Assembly (NCBI GenBank): GCA_036785375.1
Contig: JAWMAR010000030.1
Coordinates: 5,146,001-5,210,000 of the forward strand
Direction: 5' to 3'
From: Leucoraja ocellata
Taxonomy: Eukaryota
Length of the DNA: 64,000 nucleotides
Shown: positions 1-13,200 of the stretch, in pieces
Position numbering within the stretch: position 1 is the first letter of the stretch
Layout of the letters: every line of letters starts with the position of its first letter
Made by a program: the position numbers and the translations under genes
The notes under the pieces: generated by a model
The model's database searches: none
What the model saw: only the letters and a program-made list of their open reading frames with translations
Told to the model about the DNA's origin: nothing

Positions 1-1234
1 TTTGTGCATAGCGCAAATTCTGGATTACTACATACATCTGAACTTTGAACTATAAGTTTTTATGAAGAGTTGGTACTGTGTTAGAGACTACCCTCTCCTC
101 CTTCAATCCGGCTGTGCCCAACCCAAGCTGGAGTGTTTATGTCACAAACTTACCTTACAATTGAGGAGCTTGAGATGACTGTGTTCAGAACAGTAGTGAA
201 CTCCACTGAGACTTTGACAAGGGGCTATTAAAATAAAACAATGTTTGTAAAGACAACCTAGTGCATTGTTTCATTGGACAAAGAGAGGTGAACTTTGACT
301 ACATTATATATGCACCACGCAGGGTGAAGGTGTAGAACTGCACGTGACTTGTAGATTTCCACACTTGACATTTGGTATTGGGTTTCACTTTTAGAGGGTT
401 TGTCGAGTGGAGGAATCCCTAGGAAGCTCGGTTGTGAAATCTACAAATATGATTGTTAATACCCCATGTTATAAACTAATTTTAATTTATTTCTTTCCTT
501 ACTGGTTGAATATTTCTAAATAAGATATGGAAATAACAGTAAGGTCTGTAACAATGAAAAGCTCCTAATAAAATTAGGCCTATTAGTATTGTTGTCTATT
601 TGTGATAGTATTGAGGCAATACTGCCACCTGCTGCTCACAACTAATCAATTTTTTAAAGCCTGTTTGAAATGTTATTCAAATACATTACCTGTAGTCAAT
701 AGGCTATGATTTCTTACCATATTGACTGCAAGTCATCTTAATGTCCTTGCTTGGAGGATCAGAGAGATGGCAAAAACAAAATACTATGTTATGGAAATCT
801 GCAGTAACAACAATGAATCTTGGAACTGCTCAGGTTATATCTGTCAAAAGTGAAGGAGTTCATAGTTTAGGTCAAGGAAGTGAATGAATACTTGATCACA
901 TGTGACAAGTCACAGTGAAATTATTTGCTTGCATACCCAAGGTATGCAAATAGTCGCAACTAAATTGTTAACAAGTGAATTTCCAGAATGGTAAGCACAC
1001 AATATACCCATGTTTTTTTTATATTTGAAAACAATTAATTTTGTATTGGAGTATCTCCATATTACACTCATATTACTTTCCTAGCTTTTACACCTGTTTG
1101 ATATATGCATGATTTATTTTAAACAAAAAACAATGAGTATAACTTTCTCTAACCTGAGTTCTGAAAGTATTTAGATTAAGTTGATCAATTATTATTCTGG
1201 AGTTTTGTTAGCAAGTGAATCTTTGTTTGTGCAG

Positions 1235-1299
1235 GTAGAAGACTTTGTGGAGCCCAATGGGAAAATCTCACTTCAGCGGGAAGAAACGCCCTCAAATCG
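1235..1299 (+). CDS. GBF1: GBF1 exon (VEDFVEPNGKISLQREETPSNR)
   Basis: gtgcag| acceptor, cg|gtagga donor, 65 nt. Confidence 0.93.
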
Positions 1300-4200
1300 G
1301 TAGGAAGAATATTTAGAGACACAAGAGACAGCAGATGTTGGAATCTTGAGCAAATAAAATTGCTGGAGGAGCTCAGCGGGTCAGGCAGCTGCCTGACCCA
1401 TCAAGTTCCTTCAGCAGTTTGTTGTCTGCTCGGGATGTATCTTTACATGGCAGACTGAGATGATTTTGATGTTGGAATAACAATTCATTTTAAACCACCA
1501 CTGCATTGTTAATATGTGGAATATAAACACCTTCATTTACCACAATGTTGCTTTTGTGAAATTGAGACCAAATTAAAGTTACAAAGGTTAAAATATACTT
1601 GGATAAGGATGAAGGATTGGCAGAGAGAAGGGCATCTTTCAGAAGGGAAGAGAAGAATGGAATTTGGGGGACGCTGTTGGAAGATGCATTGGGAGGAGGA
1701 GCGCATCGTGAACGAGGCGATGAGGATTGGGAATCTGAACGAGGAATGCAAGAAATGATAAATGGATGAGAATAATTGGATAATTACTAGAGTGTAAATT
1801 TGCTAAACTGGCCATAAACCAGGAGTTTCATCACAACACACAGCTTCATCCAGTTACAATTTTTTCTACATCTGTGAGATTTCACCAAATTATCTTATTT
1901 TTAATGCCTCTTTGAGACCATGGGACAATTTGGCAGGATAAATTGCCATAGAGGCAGAAAAAGAGTCAAGAGTGTTTTATTGTCATGTCCCAAACACAAT
2001 ACAATTCTTTCTTGCAGCAGAATAACAAAACATGTAAACATAGTTCTCTCTAATCGATATACTAAATGGAAACAAAAAGTTCAGTATATATTTTTATATA
2101 CACACGCATACAAACACACAATAATAGTGCACAAAGACAAAACCAATGCTCCCATCTATGTAGTTCAGAGCTTATTTGGATGTTGTGGCGTTTAGTAGCC
2201 TGATTACTGTGAGAAAAAGCTGCTCCTGAACCTGGGTTTTACAGTTTTCAGGTTCCTATATCATCTTCCCGATGACAGGAGTGAAATTAGTGTGTGGCCA
2301 GGATGGGGTGGGTCTCTGATGCCCTTTATACCTCTTGCCAGGAGCAATGTAGTAGCTTATGTCCTTTATTGAAATTTAACGAATTAATGGGTCATACATT
2401 AAGCCGGTCTCGCATTTTAAAGCTACAGTTTCAAATAAATAATTTCTTCCAATTCTGTTACAAATAAAAACTGATACTAAAATGGTTTGTTCTACTTGGT
2501 CATCTTAAATGGTGGAGTCGATCAATATTAAATAATTTTGTGTAATATTGACTTTAAATATTTGCAGCTGAACTAAATTGTTTTGTATTGAAATGCAGTG
2601 GTGAATCCACAGTCCTGAGTTTCGTTGGTTGGCTGACACAAAGTGGTAATGAACAGTCTGGTCTAAGGGGACCCTCTATAGAGAACGAAGAGGCCAAGCA
2701 AGCAGCTCTGGAATGCATTAAGGTAAATTAAAGTTAATGCTGCCTAACTGCCTGGAAAGAATACATGTTTTTCTTTGCAAGATGTTTAACATTTGGTAGA
2801 CTTTTATGACTTGTATATTGAAAGTCACTTATCCTTTAAGAAAAGATTTGTTGTGGAAATGGAAAAATATTGTTTTCTAAAATTAGTTTACACAGATGTA
2901 TTGTCTACACAGAAGTGTTCCTTTCATTCTTATAGACTATTACCACTTTCCATTTTGTTCTCCTTTTGTTCTATTTGTTGGTAATATTTCTCAATGTCTT
3001 ACTAGATTAGTCAGAGAATAAAAATTTCCCTTCTGATTATACCATGATTAATACCCGTAAAGAACTGAAATGGGCCTTGCAGCTGCCTACATTTAAAAAA
3101 AAAAATTATCAATGATATAGATCATGTGCAGGCAGAGGAGATTAGTTTAACCCGGCGTCATGTTTGGCACAGACATGTTGGGCTGAAGGGCCTGTTCCTG
3201 TGCTATACTGTTTTGTACTAATGAATGGATAATGAATATAATGAATACTTGTTAACTTAATGACAGATTCTAAAATTACGCTGTGTACATTTTGGCTTGT
3301 GATGCCATCATAAGAAGACGAACTTGAATTCTAGAAATGAATTTCCCAAATGTCATTATATAAATGTCATTAGGCTGTGAGTTCAATAGAGATCCAAATC
3401 AGCAATAACACTGTATCTTTGACCTGATATTCCGCTGCTGTTCTTCCGTAGAATCTTTCAGCTCAACGTCCGTTCCCCATCCTTCAGACTTAGAGGGGCC
3501 ACCTTCCCACAGTGTGTTAGCATGTTAATTCTGAAAGAGAACTGTTCTAGCTTCAATTTTATTTTTTCTTTATGTAAATTGCACAGTGTGGTTGTGGTAT
3601 TTACTAGAAACCTTGATGGTATCATCAGTGGCGGACTGGCCAGGGTGTCAGCTTGCCCGATGGCAAGTGGGCCCCTGATGAAGTGATAGCAAGTGATGGC
3701 AAGTGGGCCCCTGTTAGATGATAGCATTGTAGTTGTGGGTGGGCCCCCTTTGTCTCCTGGCAACCAATACTTTTAGACCCAGTCCGCCACTGGATATCAT
3801 GACCTTCCAATATCATGAGATTTTCAATGGTTTAATTATTTCTCAGACTATTCATATTATTTGACAGTGTCATTAGGATTTATCATCTGGGTATTTGCTG
3901 ATGAAACATTGTTTAATGATCTGCAGTGATGTTACTCAACCTCATTGGTCATGACATGATTTTTAACTTGTTTTATATTCCAGCAATGTGACCCTGAGAA
4001 GCTGATTACTGAGAGCAAATTCCTTCAGTTGGAGTCTCTTCAAGAGCTGATGAAGGTTCGATGATTATAAAGTAAACAATCCAAATCTCATGCTCTTGTC
4101 ACTGATTATCATGTCTCTTGCCCATAGTTATTGTGTTTAAATGTTGATCTCCTATTCAGTTCAGAGTTTTGCTGTGATGAGGCAAATCCAGGTCATTTTA

Positions 4201-7200
4201 GTAACTTATGGAAGACCCAGATTCTTTGGAGGGCTGTGAATCTGCTAAAGACATTATATGAATCTCTATCATCAGTTTATGCCCTATAACTATCCCACGT
4301 GAATCTACCACACGTGACAATTTCATCAAAAAGCTGTTAGATTGTTGATGAATTCTTAATGCAATGTTGATTTACCTTGGTGTTTTTATACCAACTTTAC
4401 CAGCTTGCTTTAGATTGGACAACTTTCCTTTCAAACAATTTAATTTAACGTTATTTCATTAGGCCCTCATTTCTGTTACACCAGACGAGGAGACCTATGA
4501 TGAGGAAGATGCGGCTTTTTGCCTTGAGATGCTGCTCCGGATCGTGCTGGAAAACAGGTACAAGAAAATGTCCGTCCGGGCTGCCTCACAACTGATCACT
4601 CTCAGAAGTCGAATATGGGCCAGATATCTAGGCAGTGTTCATTGGATCAAGCAGCATGGATGGAACCACAAAATTAATGTCCACAGTCAATGACTTTCTG
4701 TCAGAACTGTGAAAAGTTGTAGATCAAGCAGGCTAGTTGTAGGCCATCTTTCAGATTGTATGATGCAAGTGTGTTGTTAGTTGAGAGAGTGATAAAGGTT
4801 TGAAGATCTCTGGAGGATTTGTACGTGAGAGGAGTTTTATTGGAACAGAGCGAAAATTAAGAAGAAAATACAGGAACCTTGAGCTACAGTGTTGAGAAGC
4901 AGGATTCTACAGATGCTGAAGATCTGAAATAAAACCAGGCTATGTTTGTCAATACTCAGCAGGTCGGGCAACAACTGTGATGAGAGATATCGTATTAACA
5001 TTGCAGGTTAAGGATGCTTTCAGAATTGACCAGTTCCAATACAATCTGGATAGACTAATTAGCTGATAATGTTGAATTTGGCGTTAAGTTCCAAGGTCTG
5101 TAATGCAGAGTTCCTCGAGTTTCTTTTGGGCTTCATTGGAACAACAGTAAGAGACCAAGAGTGGTCATTCAGAGTAGGAATGGGATTGAAAATTGAATGT
5201 TCATAGTCATCCTTGTGGACTGAATAGAAATGTGCTTTAAAAAAGATATCCAACCTATCTTTTGGTTCTCCAATATAGAGGAATCCATAGCACTGTAAAT
5301 GAAATTGGAAGAAATGCTTGTCATCACTGCTTCATCTGGAAGATATGATTAGGGCCCATCAATGCAGAGAAAGGGTAAAACTAGAAGGGCAGATGTTTCA
5401 TCTTCCGCCTTCGTGGATTTCTTAAGCAACTTCACGTGTGAAAGATTTCTATTTTTTTTAATTTGATGCTTTTCTTTCCTACAGAGATCGTGTCTCCTGT
5501 GTCTGGCAAACTGTACGAGACCATCTGTACCATTTGACTGTTCATGCCACAGAGCAATGCTTCCTTGTTGAAAGAGCCGTTGTAGGTCTTCTGAGGCTGG
5601 CAATACGGTTGCTACGCAGAGAGGAGATCAGTTCACAGGTATGAGGAATTGCAGGGCCAAGCGACTTTATATAAAAAAAAAAGTGAACTAGTCCAATTTG
5701 AATATGAACATTCAAGGAGTCATTTAATTTACCTTCCAACATGAAGCCACAAATTCACAACACAGCAGATTACCACTGACTTCTTTTTAAATCATATTCC
5801 TTTTATTCATTTGCTTTTACAATCATGTACAGAATCCAAGAAGTAAACTGACAAATATGGTATTTACAATTACAAATTTACAATCTGTCCGCAAGTCTGG
5901 GTTGTTGCAGTTTGACCGTTCATGTGCAGATGTTTTGGACAATGTTGTTTAAACATCGAACACCAGAGATTGGATTTTGAACAATGGAACTAGCCAGTGA
6001 AATCTGATCTAATGTTAGTTTTTCTTTGGTAGATGTAAATTCCTGCAATAAAAGGAGTATTATTGTAAACTTAGTGCTCAGCAGTATCCAATGCGGATTC
6101 TGCCATTGTCACTTCTCATGAAGTATTCTATCAAGACAGTTCTAATTGCATTTCAAATAATTGAATGAAATAACATGAATTATATTTTTGTCTAACATAT
6201 TTTGATTTATTTTTCAGGTGCTTCTCTCCTTGAGAGTTCTGCTCATGATGAAACCAATTGTCTTATCAAGAGTGAGCCGACAAATTGCATATGGCTTGCA
6301 TGAGCTGCTGAAGACCAATGCTGCCAACATTCACTCGAGTGATGACTGGTGTACCTTGTTTACGCTCCTAGAATGTATTGGCGCAGGAGTCAAACCTCCA
6401 CCTGCTCTACAGATAGCATCTGGAGTTGATAGCCATGATGCAGGTTAATTTCCAGAATTACCTTTTACTAAGCAGCCGCTCAGATGTTATGTCAAGTGAA
6501 GGCATATCCACTAACAAGCAGCTGGTGTTTACTTCATTTCAGTTAATCTTTCAGTTTCAGTATATTGTCACGTGTACCGAGGTACAGTGAAAAGCTTTTG
6601 TTGCATGCTAACCAGTCAGCGGAAAGACAATGCATGATTACAATCGACCCACTCACAGTGCACAGATGCATGATAAGGGAATAACATTTAGTGCAAGGTA
6701 AAGCCAGTAAAGTCCGATCAAAGATAGTCCGAGGGTCCCCATTGAGGTAGATAATAGTTCAGGACTGTTCTCTAGTTGTGGTTGGATGGTTCATTCAAGA
6801 CGAAACAGAGCAGTGGAGAAGATAGTGGAGAAAGAAACAAACTGAAAATAAGGATGCAAAGTAAAATTGGATGCCCGGTATTTCAGCTGCTTATTGTCTA
6901 TGAAGCCTTTTTAATTAACGCTAATATATTCTGTAAATCTCATTGATCTAACAAGAGGTCCATTAATGAAACAGTGTATTGAATTTCACTCATTGCTATA
7001 AACACTGAACTTGAGCTGAGCTTATTATAAGTAAACAAAATGTGATAAATGTCACACATGGGTAGGTGGGCTTTGCTAATTAGGTACTTTAAAAATAGGA
7101 AATCCTGCTCTTTTGTGAGCTTACAACAAAAAATTGGCAAAGTATTTCTAAATGGTCTTGTAATCTTATAGTAGGAATTAAAATTGCAATTAATTAGAAT

Positions 7201-10200
7201 TTATTGCAGCTAAATGTGCATCCGCACTCAACATAGATCAATATTTATATATAGCTATAATAGAGAATTGCTGCCACTTTTAACTAACAGAAACATCTTT
7301 AAACATTGCGATAATCTCAAGGGTGCTTTCCGCATCACATTCAGAATTTAGGCGATTTATTATGATGTAGATTTGTTGAATTCCTTAAAATATTAGCTCC
7401 TTCATTCTTCAATGTCACACTTACACTACATATTAATCGGCAGGGTGAACTGGTCTCTGAGAAGTCGACCTACAGAGTCAAAGGAAATTTGTAAGTGGCC
7501 CAGGATATCTGAATACTCACTTTTTCCTTTTTTGAGGGATGAATTCCTACAGGAGATGCATGTATTTTATGATCTCAAAAATCCCATATTCAACATAGGC
7601 TCGGTGTTTGATTATTATAATTATCCAATGAATGGTTAAGTACAATGCATCAAAACCAAATGAGGTTGCAACCAGTTAAGATACATGGGTTTTCCTCCAG
7701 TGGCTTCACTCTCAGATTTGGACAACTAACGACATTTTCAATGTGGGTTCATTTATCTGGTTGCAAGTGGACAGTTTTAGTGGAGTAAATGTGTGCAGTG
7801 GGCCCCAGTGTTGATATCAGGGTTGTATTTTGTATGGTTCCCAGCATGGCTGGTGCCAACTTGAAATTTTTAATTAGCATGAAGATGCTCCAGGGTTTTT
7901 TTTCCTGGCATGAATAGTAGAAGGTTGCAGTGGGAAAGTTAAGCAAAATGGCTTAAAGTTCGTGCATCTTGGGTGCTTGTTCCCCATTGGGATGTGTTCA
8001 GGTTGGACATCATTTATTCCAAGTTCCATTAAGAATAAGTAATGGAATCAATCTACATTGGCGTTAGTTCTTCTGCTGGACTGGTTTGTATGATCTTAAT
8101 ATATCATTGCTGTTCCTCATCCTTCACGCACTCGGGACAATTTTACATTCATACCAAGCCAATTAACCTACAAACCTGTAGGTGTTTGGAGTGTGGGAGG
8201 ATTTTAAGCATCTATACTTCAGTGTACGTGATCTTACAGTAAAGAATGTTGTGCTTCTTTAAAAGGTGCGCAGTCTGATAGTGAAATTGCATCCTACCAT
8301 CCTAGTGAAGTTAATTCAGATCGTGGCTACACCTCAGACTCTGAAGTGTATGCAGAGCATGGGAAGCAGACCAAGGTACACCGTTCTGCCACTGATGTTG
8401 ACATTGCCAGCAGTGGCTGGCTGGTGGTGAGTCATGTACAAGTGAACTGTACGCATTTTCACTTCTTGTTTCCAAGAGTCGAGAGCGTTTTATTGTCATG
8501 TGTTCCGAAAGGGGACGATGGAATTCTTACAACAGATAAGTAAACATAGAACTCTGTAAACACGATAATCAACAACAAACCTCAGTATTATAAGAAAAAT
8601 AAACAACCAACAATAGTGAAACACACTAATAATAATGTTTGGAAATTATTAACATTCATTTATTGCAACAAAAAAAATAGTTTTCAGCACTGTTTGCTAA
8701 TCTGCAGTGAGTGTATTTAATAGAGAACCATAGAGCTATGCAATATGAAACGGCTTTGGACCCAACCAACAATGCCGACCAAGTTGCCTAACCAAGCTGA
8801 TCCCACTTGCCTCACCTGGCCCATATCTCTCCAAACCTTTTCTATCTACATACCTTTCCACCTGTCTTTACAATGTCATAATTGAATCCTCCTTTACTGC
8901 TTCTTCTGACAGCTTGTTCCATGTTTCCACTTCCCTCAGTGTGAAGAAGTTGCCTATCGGGTCCATTTTAAATCTTTCCCCTCTTGCCTTGAACCTATGC
9001 CCTCTAGATTTAGACTACCCTTTGCTGGGGAACAGACTGTGGCAATTCACCTTATCATTGCCCCTCATGATTTTATAAACCTCTATCAGGTCACCCCTTG
9101 GTCTCCAATACTCCAGGGACTGGAGACTTGGCAGACCCATCCTCTTCAGGCCAGCCCAATAATAGCCTTATAAATCTGTTTTGCATTATTTTAAGTTTAA
9201 TATCATCCTTCCTAGAGCAGGGCGAATCAAAGCATACACAGTGCGCTAATTGGACCTTAACAATGTATTTGGATTAACAGAGCACCTTGGTGTATGCATT
9301 GTCCATGATACAATAGCTTAGAAGGAGTGATGTACTTATTCTATTTCTTTCAGAAGGGCAATTCAATCAGTTGTACTCCAACTTTGTTTTCGGAATTCTA
9401 TATATTCCACCTCAAACCTAAATGCATATTCATTTTGCAAGTTATTATTGAATCTTTTTTTAATATTCCAGATGGTAAGAAACCATACTTTCAAACAATC
9501 TCTTCTTCTCAGGATCTTCGGGCCAATTCATTTCAACATGTTCCTTTCAATTTAAATTGTTGCTACATATCAAACACATCAAAAGGAAAGTAATTGTCTC
9601 TCTAAGCCTTGGAAAACTCGTCATTTTGCTCACTGACTATCTGACCTAGTGCACAACATAAAAATCAGAACGTGCTGGAGGAACACAACAGGTCAGGCTG
9701 CTTGTGTGGAGGGAATGCTTAGACAATATTTCGAGTTGGGACCTTTCTAACTGACTAAAGATTTGCAGTTTCTTCTGTCTCCAAATCCCAGTGCACATTT
9801 AATAATTCAAAATATTTTGCAGTATGTTAAATGCACAAGGTTGGCACTGCTGTGTCGTGGGACATTAATTAAGATGCTATTTAATGCGAGTTTCATATAC
9901 TTGGACACTGATACATGATTATGAAACAACCTAATGTCATATACCTAAAAGAAGCAATAATGCGAGAATGTTTTTTGTATATTTCTAAACTTCTAAATCT
10001 GATTGCTCACATTGTTGATGATATTTTTGGCAGGTGGGGAGAGATGACTTGGATGCCAACAAAACCTCTGGCCAAGGCATGAAGCCGGGCTGCTCTCCTC
10101 TAGTCAATCAGTACAGCCTAACTTTGGGACAGGATCTGGGCTCACACGATACTAAGTCACTTATCAAGTGTGTGGAATCACTGTCGTTTATTGTAAGAGA

Positions 10201-13200
10201 TGCCGCCCATGTAACACCAGAAAATTTTGAACTTTGTGTAAAATCAATTCGCATCTTTGTAGAAGCAAATCTCAACGGTGGTAAGTTGTGGAAGTGTTTC
10301 CTTTTCCTTGATCCACACTAAAAATCTGCATTTCGCATTAAGCAGCAAATTGTGACTAATAAATTAAAATGTTATGCGTATCTTTTTTGCTTTGCTTCAC
10401 AGTCCAGCAATGTTCATTTTAGAATTTTAAACCCCTTGGGTCTTTCTAAAATCAACCCAGGCATAGACATGCAGAACATTGGTATAATAACTAAGGAATC
10501 CAGCTGTTTTTCATTGCATCATGTCATTCAGTAAAGATTAATATACAGCTATGATCTTGCATGGTATGCATGTGAGCGTCTGCATGTTTGTGAAATGGTA
10601 AGAGAAGAAGCAGTTTACAGGGGTGGCAGATGATGTTTTGCAGACTGCCACGTTTATTTATTTTCAGAATTGTTTGAGACCAGGTAAGGTATTATCTACG
10701 AAAGTACATGTGGCTAAAATTGTGGCGTTACCCATCCTCATGGCTTGTCGATCATTGGATTGGATTTTTTCCTTCCACATTGGTTTACTGATATCACAGT
10801 TGGTATTTTTGTAATTTGGGGCTTGTTGCAGGGTATAAAACACATGAGAGGAAATCTAAAACATACAAATTTGACAAATCAAACCGACTAAAGAAGAAAC
10901 AAAAGGAAAAGGAGAGTTCGATGAAGCGGTCCAAGTCTTTTAACCACCGTCCATCAAAGTTGCATAGTGATGATGATGAAGACGACAGTGTACCCGCAAG
11001 TTATCACACTGTGTCATTGCAGGTTAGTCAGGATGTAAGTATAGCAGGTCTTTCCGATTCCTCATCTTGCCTCATGCTGCCTGTTCTCAATGAGACTGTT
11101 CTGTCAAACTTGGAATCCTATTTCATTTTTTATTCCTTTTCCTTAGTTTTTCAGGGTTCCTTATTATGAAATTTCCACCGTTTGAATTGACCAAGAGTAA
11201 CTCAGTAAACTTGCCTTCCCACTATCTTTCTGTTCTAACACCTCCCCTCCCCTATCTTTCTGTTCTAACACTTCCCCACCTTTTTTCCCCACTTGTGCTC
11301 AGTGAAATGAGTGCTCCAAGTTTATTTGGACCTCAATTTTATACATTTTAATTCTCCCCTCAGCTACCTTTGTTTCAAAGTAAACAATCCTAGCTTATCC
11401 AACGTTTTCTCCGTGGCAAACTATTCTCAGTCCTTTCAGCATCCTTGTAAATCTGCTCTGTCGCACATTTGTGTCTTTTCCATTCTATGGTTATCTGAAT
11501 TCTAGTAGTTGCTGTGCCTTCAGCTGTACATAATTCTAGAGTGACTTCCTGTTCTTTGTTCTGTCTGATAACCAATGAGGAAACTATCTTGTATGCCTTG
11601 TATATATGTATGAATGTATACTCCAAAAACACCTTCTCTACACCACATAAATCCTATTGTTGTGTATATTCCCCCTGTAGATATGTCCTACAGGAGGTAG
11701 GTCTTGTCTGGTAAATATGTCGGTGCAGTGTTCTAATCGGGGTGTTACTCAAGTGTAACATTGTTACCGGAATAATACTGGGGCTCAGGTTAAATTGTAA
11801 GATTAGTAGTTTGTATTCTTGTAAGTTTTGGAAAATTAAGAGGTGATCAAATTAAATTTTTTAGGATGATTTAATGGACTAAATTGAGATATCAGTGTTT
11901 TAGTTGGGATTATCTCAAACCCTGAATTAGGGCACTCGGGTGATGTCAAGAAACACAACTTCATGCAATAGTTGTCTTCGATAGAAGCTTCAAAGCTATG
12001 GTTCAGTTTAAGGTTTGGAAAATTGACCTTTGTTGGACAAGGGTATAAAATATAACCAAAGTGAGTAAATGGAGTTAAGAGCTAGCCATGATTGAATTGA
12101 ATGTTGGACCAAGCTCAAGGGGCATGTTTTAAAATATACTTTTATCGTTTCTATGTAAAATGCCTACAAGATCCAGCTAACTTGCTCGTGTCTCTTGATT
12201 CAGCTTCTGGATTTGATGCACACACTACACACCAGAGCTGCCAACATCTACAGCTCTTGGGCTGAAGAACAGCGCCACCTGGAGCCGGCAGGAAAGAAAA
12301 TTGATGCTGATGCAAGAACTTTGTGGTTGAACTGCTGGTGTCCGCTGTTGCAAGGTGAGCCATTCCGACCAGATTGTGGGGAGATGGTTCATAAGTTGCG
12401 TATGTTTAGCTTATGAGCTCTTGGAGTTCATGCATTCAAAGTAATGAGAAGAATTGAGAGTCAAGTCAGGAGTGTTTTATTGTCATATGTCCCAGGTAGA
12501 ACAATTAAATTCTGACTTGCAGCAGCACAGCAGAATATGTAAACATATGTAAACAATATAATAAATGGGGGAAAAAAAGTTCTCTATATTAAAATATGAT
12601 ATAGGGTGGGTCTTTGTACTGGCCTAGTATCTCCGTTCTTCTCCCAGTTAGATATATTAGATGGAGTTAAATGATACTTCCTCACTGGTGTAACCAACAC
12701 AGCTTTTGTATTGACACAAGATGTATGACACATCTGCAGCAATAAATTCTATGAAATCTAAGTTACAAGAGGAGGTTGGACAAACTTGGATTGTTTTGTC
12801 TGTAGCACAGGAAGCTGAGAGGAAATTACGGGACGCATAGATAGGGTAGACAGTTGGAACCAATTTGTCAGAGTGGAAATGTCAAAGACATTTGCAGAGT
12901 TCCGCAGGGGTCGGTGGGGCCGCTATTCTTCCCGTTGCATATTAATGATTTGGATGAGGGGATTGAAGGCTTTGTGGTAAAGTTTGGGGATGATTTGAAA
13001 ATAGGTGGAGGGGCAGGTATTGTAGAGAAAGCAGGGACTCTGCAGATGGACTTGGACAGATTGAGAGAGTGAGCAGAGAAGTGGCAGATGGAACATAGTG
13101 TAGCAAAGTGTGGAGTCGTGCATTTTGATAGTAGGAATAAAGACGTAAACTATTTTCTAAATGGGGAGAGAATCCAGAAATTGGAGGTGCAAAGGGATTT

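Noticed and set aside
11221-11280. 30-bp tandem duplication in a GBF1 intron
   Set aside because: Ordinary two-copy slippage repeat.
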